Of a stretch of DNA of 64,000 bases, positions 38,401 to 53,400 are shown one piece after another. The DNA is from Phallusia mammillata (lineage: Eukaryota). Made by a program: the position numbers and the translations under genes. Position 1 is the first letter of the stretch. Each line of letters begins with the position of its first letter. Where the stretch lies: positions 11,656,001 through 11,720,000 of the forward strand of contig OZ281499.1 in assembly GCA_965637545.1 (NCBI GenBank). The letters run 5' to 3'. The notes beneath the pieces are model-generated. The model made no database searches and was not told the origin of the DNA. It saw only the letters and a list, made by a program, of their open reading frames with translations.

Positions 38401-41400
38401 TGACGTCATCGCAGACGTTTCGTCTTAACATTACAATACGCGTAAGTTTACAAATATTGCCTTCAAAATAAATGAGTATTTTTAATGAAACTTGTTCTTC
38501 TCTAGGCGACACGCAAAGCCACCGCTAAAGGGGGTCCACGGGTGCTTACTAGCACCATCGAGTGTCGAAACGGACACGCAGTTCTTATCCGCAACGTGTC
38601 ACTGTATGTCGAGGACCCTAACACTCCCAACGATCAGTTAATTTTCACAATCACGTCGCAGTTGGAGTTTGGTAAACTTGTGAAATTTGCTAACAAACAA
38701 GCTGCTAATATGCCAACAGAATGGGAAGTAGGATCCATGATGATGAAAAGTAAGATTGATTTTGAAGCCTTCTTATGCTTTAGGTTTAAAACCGACAGGC
38801 CAAATATATGACTGTATTGTTTGTTTGTTTGTTTGTTTGTTCGTGAAGCCTATAGGTGTTACTGATAGGAAACATATTTTGCAATATATTTGTTTTGCAA
38901 CCATTGCACTATTGTTCAGATGTCGGTTTAGTTCATAGCATTGCCACTTCCAGGGTAATTTTAATGTACAGTTTTATATGTAAATACATATCGTGAGACT
39001 GTGTTTCAACATTTCTTTGATCCTGTATAATTATTCTGTCTCCTAAAATCGAACAAAAAAGTAATCGTTGCTCATTTTTTAGAACAAGGCGGAAAAGGAA
39101 TGATGAAGGCGGTTACTGATTTGACTGTTGGTTCAACGTTTACATATCAGGTATGTCTTCACTCTTTACTTAGGGTATGTTCATTGCTAATTTGCATGGT
39201 ATGTAGGATATACTGGATAGAAAAATCTGTTACGAAACAATCAACCCCAGTGACGTCACTATATCGCGAAGACGACGTGATATGCTTGACTTCACTTTAA
39301 GCAATGGTGTGGACGTTGAAAACGGCGAAATTGGATTTGAGGTACATATTTCCGATTGCCATCATATGTATGCTAAAGCCAACAAACAAATGGAAATGGT
39401 TAAATTTTGTAATGCTGTGTTGTGATCACTACGCCAAACTACATTGCGCAGAAATCCTCATTGTGAAATTTCATTGCTTTATCAGTAAAAAGGCATCTGT
39501 CCACACGGATACTGACCATTGTCCACTTGATAAAATGTCCAGATAAAATGTCAGCGTCACCATTTTGCCTACGATAACATTTTGTACAACCGTTTGCACA
39601 TTTTAAAGCCTTTCTTTTCAAATCAAGTTGCAGCCAATTGTGCAACACAAACTTACTGTGTTGGAGCCACCAACCCGTGAAGAAATTCTCGACCTCGGAG
39701 AGTTTTCCGCCATTGAATACGTTCTTGAGGCAAATACGGGATTGTCTGTTGAACGAGGTTCAACAACCGTCATTACATCCGACAACTTGCGGATTTCGAG
39801 TAGCGATGAAATCGTGTCATACGTCGTTAACCGCGATCCAAACGTTGGTCAACTTCAACTTGTGAAAAACAACATCGTTACCAATATTTCAGCGTCTAGG
39901 ACACGAGAATTCCTGCAAAGTGACATTGATAATGGTAACAATCACTTTATAAAAAAAATATTTAGTTGCGTGGGAGATTAACCTAATACAGTTTCAATTT
40001 AGGTTATCTGCGCTACTTCCATCCTTTGTCGCAAGGCGGTGGTGACGTTTTCTTTGACGTCCTCAGCGGCACAATTGACCTCCGATTTAACATTCACGTC
40101 AACGAAGACCGAACACCCCCGAGAATACTTGTTAACAACGGTAAGCATAACATTTTCTTGTTCTTTTTGCAAATGTGTTTTTTTGTTGGTTACAGACATT
40201 TTTTACATTTGCCATTTATTTTCAGGTTTAACTGTGGAAGAAGGTAGCATGGCGACTATTCTGACTCAGCATTTATCTGCCACTGATGACTCAGGGAGGT
40301 TAGACTTCGAAATTTCGCAACAACCCAAGTGGGGAAGGTTGGAATTCAGCACAGAACCTGGTAAGAAGACACTTTTTGTAATTTAATAGTTTAACCTTTT
40401 AGACAACTTTTGCGCTAGAGATAAAATACGGAAACTTTTGTAATTTGCTAATTCGTGCAGGTCAAAGTATCGCAAGATTTAATCAGGATGACATTGTGTC
40501 GGGGATAGTGAATTATGTTCACACGGGAGAAAGTGAGATCAATGAAGATCAGTTTAATTTTGTGCTTACGGATGGTTCAAACTCGGTAAGTTGCATAAAC
40601 AGTTTTTTTTCTTTATTCGACGTTATTTTTGGAGTCAAATAAACACATTGCTCATCGTATTGCGGACTACGCTAATGTTTTAAATTATGCTAAAAATGTT
40701 TTTGTACGAGTAGATTATTTTTTGTAAAAGTTTGCTATAAGCGCGTCATTATTGACGAATTGTTCGTTACTGTTAACTCGTATCAGCACGGATCATCCAG
40801 TGTTAACAGTCAACTTTCATAAAACTTAGCCCTCTGTTTCTAAGTCTAAGTGTTTTTGCCTGAAAAGTGTTGTTGTCTACTCTTTAAAACGAGCGATATG
40901 TTGTAAGGAAGATATGTATTTTTTACGTTGCAAGCAACGTTCAACTTTTAGTAGCATAGCATTTACGATATCGTATATTATACATCAAAAGAGGGAAGAG
41001 GATACATTGTTGTTAACAATTATTAAACGCTACTCCAATGCACATTACACAAATATCTGACAACTCAATCAATGCATTTCAGTTTTCCTAATGGCAACTT
41101 TTTTGTTAATTTCAATGAACAAGTATAACACACATGTCTGTTGTGTCACAAAATTAACATAAGGTTAAGCTGATGGTGTAGTATAGCTGAATTGGGATGT
41201 TTCATACATTTACCCATTTTTAATATCCTTAAAAAATATATTAAAACGCATGACTTATCCTCTTAAAAACACATGACAGACCTATGACTTGCTACACTAC
41301 AGTTCTGAATTAGCAAACGCAGAGAAATAACCTTATGGTGTTAGTGTCTACAGTTAATTAAATTATTTCGTGTAATGTAACAAAATGACCAAAAATTTGC

Positions 41401-44400
41401 CTCTACTGTTTACTTGATTCAGTTTCGATCTTATACTAACTGACTAAGCTGCTTTTACTGCATAGAAATTGGTGAATGTATGTGAGTGAAACAGATCTAC
41501 GTTGTTTGGATAGCAAGATAAAATATAATTTTGTGATAACTTCTACAAATCAAATCACACTGCACCGTAACCAAACAAACTTTCCTTTTGTGCACTATCC
41601 CATCCACTGTGAGCAGAAGACGATTGTTTGCAAATAATCCCACTTGCGCATGTAAACAAAGCGACTTTTGACCGCGTGAAAAACCGTCTACCTTCCCAGC
41701 AAATCGGCTTGCGAAAAAATGCCGGCAGCGTAGTGACTGGATTGTGTGAGGTGAAGTGAGATGGGAGGCAGTGAGGCGGTCATTGGGGCTGTGCGGTTTA
41801 CCTTCTAGTGCCAGTTATTGTTTTCGAGTGCTCGTAGCCTCAGTTTAGCTTGCTGAGTTGTAAAACTGTTTGATGATGTTTCCTTCTTGATAAGGAAGTT
41901 TAGTAAAGTTGAATATGAAAAAATATGTCAGTAAGCAAAGTTTATTTTGCAATCTGGAACTCGGATCGTAGCTTTTGTGGTAACCATAAACACCTAATAG
42001 AAGGATTTCATTAGTTTTGTAGTGATCGCACTAATATGTATATTTATCGAAAAAAGTGCTAGAAAAGTTTTTTTTAGTGTTAGAGAAAACTGTCATAGCA
42101 TCGCACAGATCTGATCACATGACAAGCCAGGTGGTATTAAAACTCAGAATGTAATTTGAAACGAGGTCAAGAACCTTGGGAATTCTCGCAAAGTTAATTA
42201 TGTGGTCAGGCATGTCACGGTAACTTCACTTAACGCCATCAAACCGCCATAGTCGAATTGTGTGGAAGTCTACTCCTATTAATTTTGCAAATGCGTTCTT
42301 TGTAAAAGGCCAGTTTGTGATGTTTGATGAGCATTGTTGTACAATACTGACCTGTGTCCGCGATTTGTTTGCTTTTGCTTGTCTGTCCAACACACATTGT
42401 AGCATTGTCGCAAATCGCGTTGTGAGCTAGACATCGAATTTCCGGCGCAGCAACATGCTTCACCTCGTATTTTATTAGCAAATCCTTATCTCCGTTCACA
42501 TCGATTACACTCAGTTGCTCTTATTCACATAATTTGCCAATTTTCCTCGTCCACTTTGCTGAAATTGTCCCCACGAATTATTCTGTAGTGCCTCTACTTT
42601 GTGCACTGTGAGTTTCGTTTATGTTTGTCGCCCGTGCAACAATTGCTAAGGGCATGTAAACTATAAACAACCAAACCAACGCTTAGGCTTTCTTTACTAT
42701 TTATCTGGAATATAGATCAAAAATATTCCAAATAAGAATTTGTTTAACACCATAAAAAATGTTATCGTTAAATGCTTACAAAACGAGCCTACTTCTTGAT
42801 TGATGCTTTGGTGGTATTTTTACTATGGATGTCAACTTGCACACGTCATTCCACTGGTTTGGATATGCCAACAATATTGCAATTACGACGTTCCCCGCTG
42901 AGTATAAAGTATGCACACGTGCCAATTTCATCACGTTGGCAACATTTCGCATTTAAGCATTGTAGAACTTACCATAGCCTCCAAATCACTGGCTACAAGC
43001 AGATTTCATCGTAAATTTCAGAACAAGTTAAACCCCAAATGGGTCAACAAACAATGTAGGCCGCCCTGTCATTTAGACCAGACCCTGTAATATTGTCCCT
43101 GGCCGATGATCAAGCGAAGCTCTTGGCATGTTTGTTGTTGTTCGGTCTCCGAATGTTTTTTCTTGCGAGGAAGATGACGGGTGTAACGGCAGTGGATGAG
43201 CGGCTTACAATCGCCAGGTCCAACCTCGTGCTTTTAAAAGGGAAATTTCGCAAACCCTTAGTTGTTTTTATGGCCGCTTGCTTAAAAGAAAAACTGTCGA
43301 TGTGGCATTTAAATTGAATTTAAAGGACATCTTTTTTCAGTCGGCATGACATATCCTTGCATCAAGGTGTTAAAACTTGAAACACTCAAAGCTTGCTGCA
43401 AATTTTAGCAAAAAATTCGAACAATATTTTCTATGTCGTAAAAACATTTCTAAAGTCAATTACGGAGATGGATAGAATCGACAGATGACCACCCAAGTCG
43501 TCGCCCTGGTTGTAACTTTCATGCAGCCCCAAACCAGATAAGCGTGCTAGGCTAGGCCTCACAAATACGGATTTAATTAAGGCCGAGAAAATGTTGCTGC
43601 TCGGTTAATCGCACCGCCAGGCAGCTTTGCGACTACGTTGATAACAGTAACTTGACTTGCTGCGTTTCGTCAAGTGGAAAGACATCCGAAAGTGTCACTT
43701 GGCCGAACAACATGCTAATGACCACTCAGCTAATGGCCGCTGTTAACATCTCAGTGACACTTTTAACTGTGTATGTCATCAAACTTGGGTCATAGTCGTT
43801 TTGACGTTGTGGGCAGTGATTCAAAAATATGACCTTTCCTAAAAATAATGTCGTAATAGCGATAAACTGCATTTTAAAAGCATATATTTAAAATTGTGCA
43901 AATGCAATAAAATTTGGTTCAGTTGTTGTATACGGTTAATTAGTGGTAGCGAAACGACGCATACATGTGAGGTATTGATAGATTGATAGAAAAGACGTTT
44001 TACAAAACTGTCTTCTCTGTTTGCAATGTATCTGAAGGCTTGGAAAATTTATTTATTGTGCTGGTTGTCTTCAAAAGACGTTTGTGGTGTGTGATAACGG
44101 TGTTTGAGTTTGTGGGGAACGTCCTTGTTTCACTCTGCTTCTATTTGCAGACCTCTCTTTCAGTAGGTCAGTTTGATTTTTGTGAAGATATGATATGAGT
44201 AGGACAATAGCAGGAAGGTAGAGCAAGGCGCTCCGAAACAATTTAACGGCAAACGTGAGTTTAAATAGTCATGAATTAATGCGACTTGTGAAGGGATAGG
44301 ACAAAGATCATGTCTGGGATGTGGAAACACATTTACTTTTTGCTGGTGAGTTTCAGAAATACGCATATTTATTTTGATTACGCCATATTCATGCAATACT

Positions 44401-47400
44401 ACTGCTTTCGACCGTAAATATAACTTAAGTAAAGTCTTGTGGATGCAAAAGTGAGAAAAATTAAAAGAAAAAGGTTCCTTTATTCAATTTTTGGCAAATA
44501 CAAATTGATTGAAAATAAATTATTGTACACAAAAAGCCGAAATTTGAAACCAATGTTTGATTTTTCGCACAAGTGTTAGTGTGACTTGTTTTACCTTAAT
44601 GTTCCCATAGTTGTGTACAATTTGTAGTTATTCTACTTCGCGTTGACCTCGTCTTTTGTTAAGTATGTGTGTTGTGTAAATGTCAGCAAACGATGAATTC
44701 CTACCGCAGTATTCTTTCCTGTCCTTCCCTAACAATGGAATTATTGTCAGGATAAAAGTCAACTGTGGCTTTCCAACGAAATTTACTGGCAAATTAAACT
44801 GAATGTATCTGAACTTATTTATGTTGTACCGTTTGTCACGTCAAGATCGTTTACAATTTAAGCCAGAATTCTTGGAATATATGTGGTATAATGTTTGATT
44901 TTAGACGCCCACGCAAATAATCATATCTGAAGTCTTTCATGCAAGATATCGTATGAACTACCATACACAGGTGTTGCATATCCAAATGTAACGCCTCATA
45001 TCCCATATCAACTGTTTGTGGTTTTTCAATTTGGTACGGGTCGACAAATAAGTTATAACTTTGTAAAAACCTCTTGTATTTTTGGCCCACAAATCGCGGG
45101 ACTAATTTGTGTTTGATGTATGTGCAGATCATGCAGAGCTTCTACATCACTGTTATTCCTGTCGACAATTCACTTCCTGTGTTGGTAAATCTTGGAATTC
45201 GGGTTCAGGAGGGTGTGAGAAAGACTGTTACTTCATACGAACTCCGGGCCGAGGACCAGGACACAGCGGTGAGTAAAACTTTCTTGCATTCTCTTTTAGC
45301 TATTTCTATTTTGTGAAAAAAATGTAAATCACTCATTTTTTTCCTTTTTATTGAAATAGGCGACATTTTGAATTTTTTGGGGCAAGCTTCTTAACTGATA
45401 GTTTTGAATAAAAGTACATTCCTTCGAATTTTAAAGCAACTGGTTTGAAATGGTGTTGAGAATAGTAGGTAATGAGGCGATCACTGGCTTGGCACACCAT
45501 GTAAGATTAGAAGTTACTAGTGGTGAAGGGTGAAGAGGAGGGGACCATCCTAACCAACCTTTCTTTGTGTAAACAACAACGATATCACCGAAGCCATTTG
45601 TCTGTCTGCGGGTTTGTCACACTCTGATGCCAGTGAATGCCAAACTTTGACTTTGTGTCGAGACTAATCAGCCGCTCAAATGTTTAATGTGAAAAAAGGT
45701 TGCCTAGAATGGTAAAACTTTACATTGCGAAAGAACTTTGTTATCGACATCTCGTAGCTCCGTGTGATCAACTTGTTAATTACCGGTTAGGGATCTGGAG
45801 TCACTCACTAATCTTTTTCGCTCTTTGCAAAACAAACAAACTCGCTTTTCCCCACATTCGGCGACATGAGACACAACCGACAGTTCAGCCAAACCCACAT
45901 TGCCCCGTAAGCTTCGTTTCGCATCGTTGAACGTGTGTCCTGTGTAAACGAGAAACAAAATCTTTCAGCGCCCTTTCATCTCCTTACCACGGTGCCATCG
46001 CTTGGCTGGTATTACGTAATCCGACTGCCTTTTGCAGCAGTACATTGAACCACACTGGCTTATTCGTCAACAAGCGACTTATGTTTGTGCGTAATTTGCT
46101 TCCGTTGCTTTGCAGAGCGAATCGATAACCTTTAAAATCGTCGTACCGCCCCAAAACGGCGCCATAGAACGAACTACCAACGGCCGACAATACGTACCTG
46201 TGACCACGTTTACAATGGAAGATTTGTACGAAAGCAGGATTAGCTACAATCATGACGGAACCAACTCCGTTACTGATAGGTGTGTACTTTTTTTCTTATT
46301 AATCTTCCGTACCTTTTTGTCAAATAATTTTTGTTTTTTTGTTATTGTAATACTTATTCTGTACATTTGATAGATTTACATTCACTGTGAGTGATGGAAC
46401 GAACGAGGAATTTCAAATATCTGAAGAGGAAAGTCTGATAACAACAACTCAACCTCAGGTACATCCACTTTTTCACTAAATTGGACTTAAAATTTCTCAG
46501 ATAACATTACAAACATGTTCCTCAGACGTTTTTCGTCAAAGTCGTCCCAGTTGACGATGGCACACCACGTCTTATAACCAACGTTGGCTTGAGACACCTA
46601 GAGTACATGGATAATAAGGTAACAATTTGTTCTATTAACTGCACTGATGCGTGTCTTGATTTGATTAAAACATTTGCACAGTTGATTTAAATGCGTGTTT
46701 GTCTGCAGATGATGAATCCCATAACAAAAAATGCATTACTTACTGAAGATCCAGACACGCCTCCTGACCTCATCACTTACGCTCTGACGTCAGAGCCACG
46801 TCATGGTCATCTCGAGTCGAATTTAAACAGTGGACACAGTATCAGGTCATTTACACAAGGTAAGCTCTAACCAACATCAAAAAGAAAAATTGAAAAATAA
46901 CAACTGTGTTTGTTTTGTCCGTAGTCGCCAAAATGACTGAAGCGTTAACTTTTCAATTATGTTCATATTTCGTACAATAACAAAAACTCTAAATCAACTG
47001 AAAATGCTAATATATATATTTCAAGCAACTCATGCCCTTCTATTTTTCTATATTCAGCTGATATTAACATGGGTTTAATTCGTTACGTTCTGAACGAGCT
47101 TCCGGATGATGAAACACGGGACTCGTTTATGTTCAATGTTCGCGATTCGCTCCCAAACGTTGTCACTGGAAACACGTTTAACATCAGATGGAGCGTAATT
47201 TCGTTCGACAAAGACAACTACACTGTAAGTGCTGTGCTACATAGAAAATGACCAGCCTATACCACTAGATATTTGACCAGAGTTTCACCAGATAAGCGTG
47301 GTATCTGCACCCAAATCTGCATGCAAAACTAATTCAAGTGAAAAATATTGGTCAAGAACCGTGAACTGTCTATTAATTAAACTAAATACAGGTTAACGCA

Positions 47401-50400
47401 ATGTTCGTCTCGATTTAGGCAAGAAGGAAGCATATTTTATACATGACCCCACACTGTTTCATGTGTACAAGTTTTGCTGATGTCTTATATTTCCAAGTTA
47501 ATAACTTTTTTAATCTGGATTTAGTTATCTGTAGTGGTAGTAAAGTATTAAAAGGTCACGACACACGACAGAGATCTTCTAACACTTTTCATCGCCACAA
47601 ATCGATTTTTGAAGGGCTTGGACACTTGCTGCCTGAATGCACACTCAAGTGCCCGGTCGTTCTTTAGGCGCAAGCCAATTCTGTTTCGCCAACTAGCGCC
47701 TATTGTCAGTGAAGTTTGATCCATAGAGGCGCCATATTAACGTAAACTACCTATTCAAGACAGTTTTGGGTGATTGTTCGAGCGAGTCGGTTTTGTGTCG
47801 ACAATCGACATCAAGCATCCTTGATAGAAATTTTGGGTCGGCTGACATGAAGTTGTCTTTATTCGTAGCGCTGTATCTTCACACAATATCAGTCGAGAAA
47901 CTACATGACCTCAAATGTTACAACTATGTTTTTTTTTTCGTTTTTTTGTGTTTTATAGGAATGTAAACTTCTGTTTATGTCATAGAAGTGAATTCCCTAA
48001 ACAGTTTAACAACCTATTCTGTATATAATCCGATTGTGTGAAAATAAAACATGAAATTGCTTAACATTCAGTGTACATAGAAACTAAAACTATACAGGCA
48101 TTTTCGAATATCTTTACTTTATGTCACTTGTGTTTGGTGTACAATGAATGATATATGATTTAGGTGAACGAGGAGGCTGGGCGTGTTGACATCACTGTAC
48201 GCCGAAGAGGAAACCTAAACGAATACGCCATTGTTCTTTGTCGAACCGAACACGGATCAGCTACGTCATCGACTGACGGACGGCCACAAACGGGCGCTGT
48301 GGATTACTTGGAGCATGCAGCCCAGGTTAGTTGATCGTCGATAGAAATCCGGTTTAAACAGTGAGCATGGCGCGAAATTGGACTATAGGTTGTTGTTACG
48401 AGACTACTGGTTTAGGTGTCATTAGAGAATTGTACCTTGACCTCGAACAGGGTTGGTGTTACGGCTTAGTAAATTATAGTACGCCAGGACCATTAAAGGC
48501 GTCATACCAAATCTGCATGAACGCTTTAGGGCTGATCCCAGTTATAAATATATGTTCATCTTAACGGCTTGGTAAATGATAAATTTCGTACAACAGGTCC
48601 AGTTTGACGAGCAAGCCACCGAGAAAGTTTGCTCGATTCAAATCAACGATGATGAAACTTTTGAAGGATTGGAAAGTTTCACAGTCGAACTGACAATTCC
48701 TGCTTACTCGCTGTTAGGTTGGTTACTCCCCAATATTTTACTAGTAAATAATTAGCTTTTTCTAACTGCCGGCATCTTTACACAGGTAACATCACAAGAA
48801 CCACAGTGTACATTAACGACGACCATGACATGCCAACTTTGCAATTCGTCGAAACTCAATACACTGTAGAGGAAAGAGACACGACTGTGTTTATTCCTAT
48901 TAAGCGAACAGGTTGGTACTAGGGATGGGCCGAGCCGAACCAGAACCCGAGTACTCGGTACCGAGCATCGCTGTTTTCAATGCTCGGTGCTCGGCCGAGC
49001 AGTTGCACAAACTGACCCGAGCGTTAAATTTGCATATTCATACCCTGCTAACATACGAAACTAGTGTTCTGAAGGGTGTCTATGAACAAAACGAATGATT
49101 TTTTAAATGTATTAGATAGTGGAAAACGCGTACTTCAGGGCATGTACAGCTTAATAAAACACCGCTGGTGACGTAAAGAGACCTTGTAGAGCTGAAACGT
49201 AGAAAGGGGATTTTTTGTGACGTCATAATGCACCGAGCGTGCTCGGCCGAGCACCGAGCATTAGAGTGAGATGTTCGGTGCTCGACCAAACAGAACATTT
49301 GCAGTTTTGGCACATCCCTAGTTGGTACTATTTATTTTGACAAAGAACCTCAAAAACGTGTATTTGTGATATTATGCTTTGTTGTGTATACTTTGATTGC
49401 CTCAGTTGTGTACGGTATTTCGAGGTAAACATATGTAACTAGCATCCCTGATTTGTGGCCTAATAACTAAATGATCACATTAAAATTGCAAATTAATTGA
49501 TTTAAACATTTGTTTTTAGCCTGTAAAGTGTGCCGAAACATATTTAGTGTGTTAGTGTGCCAAAAACTGAAAAAGTTAGCCCACCACTCTAGCTTCTAGC
49601 TTGTTTGTAAAACCTAAGCCAGACAGTTGCATATTGCTTAATTCGTTCTGTCATCTTAGGTGATATCGAAAAGGCATTGTCTGTAATCTGTTACACGGAA
49701 TCCAAAACTGCCACTGGTTCGCTGCTGGATCGAATACAATCTGGTTCCGACTACAAAAGTCGTGGAAGACATTCCGGGGAAAGCATCATCACCTTTGCTC
49801 CAGGTAAACCTAATACCTTTCCATCTCGCATGTTTATGGATTACTATAGGTTAACGTTGGAATTTATTCGACTGTTTGTCGGATACACAAACATTTTTAA
49901 TTACCGGTTGATCTGTAATTTATTCACTCGTATTCTTTTTCTTTAGGCGTTTCATCGACTACTTGTGACGTGAAAATCATCGACGATAGTTTGTTCGAAG
50001 ATTCAGAGGAATTTATCGTGTATATTGTTGATGCTTCATCCGGATCAAAAATTGGGCAATTTTCCGAAGTAAGCCAAAAATTATTGCAATACATATATGT
50101 ATACATATATGAACTTATAAGTTCTTCATTCACTCGGGATAAAAACGTTTGAAATTCAGTAAATTCGAAAGCGTTTGAAATTCAGTAGCAAAAACTTGGT
50201 CTTTTCCGTGTGTAACGGCTCAATGTTTATATTTAATGTAATTGATTTTCAGGCAACAGTTACAATCACTGGCCCTAACGATGCCCCAACTGTTTTTCTC
50301 ACTGATCATCAATTGGTCTTCAGTGAAAGTGCTGGCACCATTGATATTCCGGTAAATTTTGTGTTGTTAGGTGTTTTTTTGCTTGTAGTTTATCAGTTAT

Positions 50401-53400
50401 GAGCAGGTCAATATTTTTAGTCTTTTACATGGTAGTCGTTAATGGATTTACTGATGTAAGTGCGGATTTTTAACCTTAAAATATGATGCTTTTTATTTCA
50501 GTTGAGTAAACCTATGTAAAATAGTTTAGTATTTTCAAAAAAAAATCGCCATTCTTAATTATCGAATCTTCATTCCTTTTGACAGATTCGTCGCAGTGGT
50601 TCGGATCTGTCACAGCCCACAGATGTTTGGTGTTCGACAAAACAAAACGACCCCATTTCAGCACTTGCAGGTGAAGATTTCGTGCCAACTTCAACGAAAC
50701 TTACTTTCCGTGAAGATGAAACTGCAAAGGTACCTCTTTTAATGTCTCATTTTTAAATTAGATTTTGGTTTGATTTTGGTGTAAATTCAAAAAATGACTG
50801 CAAACTGTATGCTTAAATGCATCTTTTCCTTGTCAACTTTTAGATTTGTTCGCTGACACTCCTGGATGATTCGCAATCTCCAACTGTGGAAGGAAACGAA
50901 TCATTTATTGTTTATCTCAATTCGGTGCAGAAAGGTCGACTTGTTTCGCCATCCGAGGCTCTCATAATTATCAACGATACTTCGGATGATGGTAAAAATC
51001 ATTTGTAGTTGCTTGCTCACAACCAATTCAAAATTTTGTCAAAAGCATAATGGTGGTTTTTATATGTTTTAGTTCCAAAGTTTGAGTTTGTGGATTCAAG
51101 CGTGACTGTAGAAGAGAGTGAAGGCGTTGTTTCTCTTCCCATATTGCGCTCTGGCGACACTAGCGGAGAAGCGTCGGTAATTTGCTTCACTCGACAAGAC
51201 ACAGCAGTCGTTGAAGAAGATTTCACCGAACGTTCGTTCACTGAGACTTCGCGCTTAGTATTTGTTGCTGGACAAACGGTAAGTTTTTGCTGTAGATTTC
51301 ATTGCAAATTTATAATTATTATCCTAGCCCTGGTACTTCTGTTTGTATGTGTTTACAAAATTGTATTTGCATGTATTGCAACCCGAGTAAGCAATGCATC
51401 TATGGTCGAAATGATTGTAACCGGACTTTTTTACCCACAAAAGCAATAAAAGTTGATGACCTTTAATAGCGTAGTGTGAACAAACAGTCAGTATATGTCA
51501 TTTGTGTGATTTCGCAGCTTGGTCATTGCAACGTGTCAATTGTGGATGACGCGATATACGAAGCAAGCGAGGGATTCAGCGTGAAACTGTCGAATGCGAT
51601 GAGTAACGAATGGTACGGAGCACAAGTGGGTGAAAACGATGAAGTTCACGTCACCATCACGAATCACGAAGATGGTGAGTTTTGTGTAAAATTGTTTTAA
51701 TGTACATGTAAATCTTATGGTAAATTGATTCTGGAAATCACCCAATTTCTATTGCAATTCTCGATTTTCACCTCTATATACCACAAGTTCTGAAACGTGT
51801 ATTTCTAGGTTAAATTTTTTTAGCTTTCTTATTTGAGACAGATTATTTTGCGATAACGTTAGTGTCTTATTCAAGTGAAATGAAAAAGTTTTTGTTACAG
51901 TAGATTGGGGCATATAGGTTAAATGTTTCGGCACTTTATTTTACAAAAGTTACTATGACAAAGATTTCAACACAGATGTACATTTTAAGGAATAAAAACA
52001 TCTTTTGAGCATTTGGTCTCCTAACTACCACTACAGCCTCTTTATCTCCGAACAACAATAAAATAATGATTCTGCTCCAGTCACCCTTAACCACACAATA
52101 TGACTAAATGAAATTTGGTTGAGTATCTGGGGAAATAATTTCAGCGCATTCGTGCTATCTAGTTATCTCATGTTTGCATGACAGCCCCTACGCTGGAGTT
52201 TGAACGCGTGGAATACTCGATCCGTGAACCCAACTCAAATGACGACACCCGACTTCTCACTGTGCGGGTTGTAAGGACTGGTGACGTCAGTGAAGTTAGC
52301 AAGGTGGGTTCATAAAACACGTCTTAACCACCACAAAATAAATGTAAAACTAAATGCACAAAATAAAAGAAGAGAGATACACAAGATTAAAAGTCATGAT
52401 AAAATTGTAACCTTTGTAAGCACATTAAGTTTATTCCAAAAGGTTTTTTCACTTGTGTGAGCAATTTCGTGGGTTAACATTTATCTTTTTTTCTGTAGGT
52501 TCGTTGCAGCACCAGAGACGGTTCAGCGAAATCGGGATTAGATTATGAACCAAAAAGCAGGTTGCTGAGGTTTTTACCTGGACAAAAAAGCGTCATATTT
52601 AAGGTAAACTTTCTAATCGAATATTATAATATCACGTATAGGAAGCGACCATCAATTTTTTCCCTATTACAAAAAATGGTATCAGGTTATAATATAGTAT
52701 ACAAAAGGTTTACTATGAAGAATATGTGATATTTGATTTGCAGGTAAACATTTTGTCGAACGAGGATACGGAATGGCATGAGACTTTCCTCATCAAACTT
52801 GGACCGAACGATCCAGTAAATGCGGTGATCGGTGAAAAATCTCAAACCACAGTCACGATTCTCGACAAAGACGCAGCAGGAAGTCTTGTTCTCCCATCAA
52901 CACCAATAGTGGTAGGATTTGAATTTTTAAAGAAATGATCGAATTTCAACGCAACTGGCGGATAAATTTAATAAACCAAAATAAATTACTTTTAAATTAC
53001 AATTAATGACATGTTCCAAACTGACTTTTTTCTGTTTGGTCCAAACTTTTTTTATTGCGGGAAAAACTGAATGTGGTTTTACTCTAGGTTTCGCTGCTTC
53101 ATTACGATGACGTGGCAACAGGAATGAAAAGTGCACCCTCCCCAGGTTATCCACTCATATGTGTCACCCCGTGTGACCCTAAATATCCAAACTACGTCGA
53201 CACACGAAGTTTATGTGAAGAGGCTGCGATTAACGCATCTGCTATTAAATTCAAATGGCAGGTTCGAAATGTTTCCACATAATAAGCATTGTTTCCAAGT
53301 GAGACATCTGTGTCCAATTTTAAACTTCCTGTGTACGTAGGTTGCTGTACCAACGGAAGAGGCAAATGGAATACCACCGTTTGAGACAATTACTCACAAC

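Noticed and set aside
50092-50111. Perfect 20 bp palindrome CATATATGTATACATATATG
   Set aside because: Low-complexity AT microsatellite-like sequence in a short intron.
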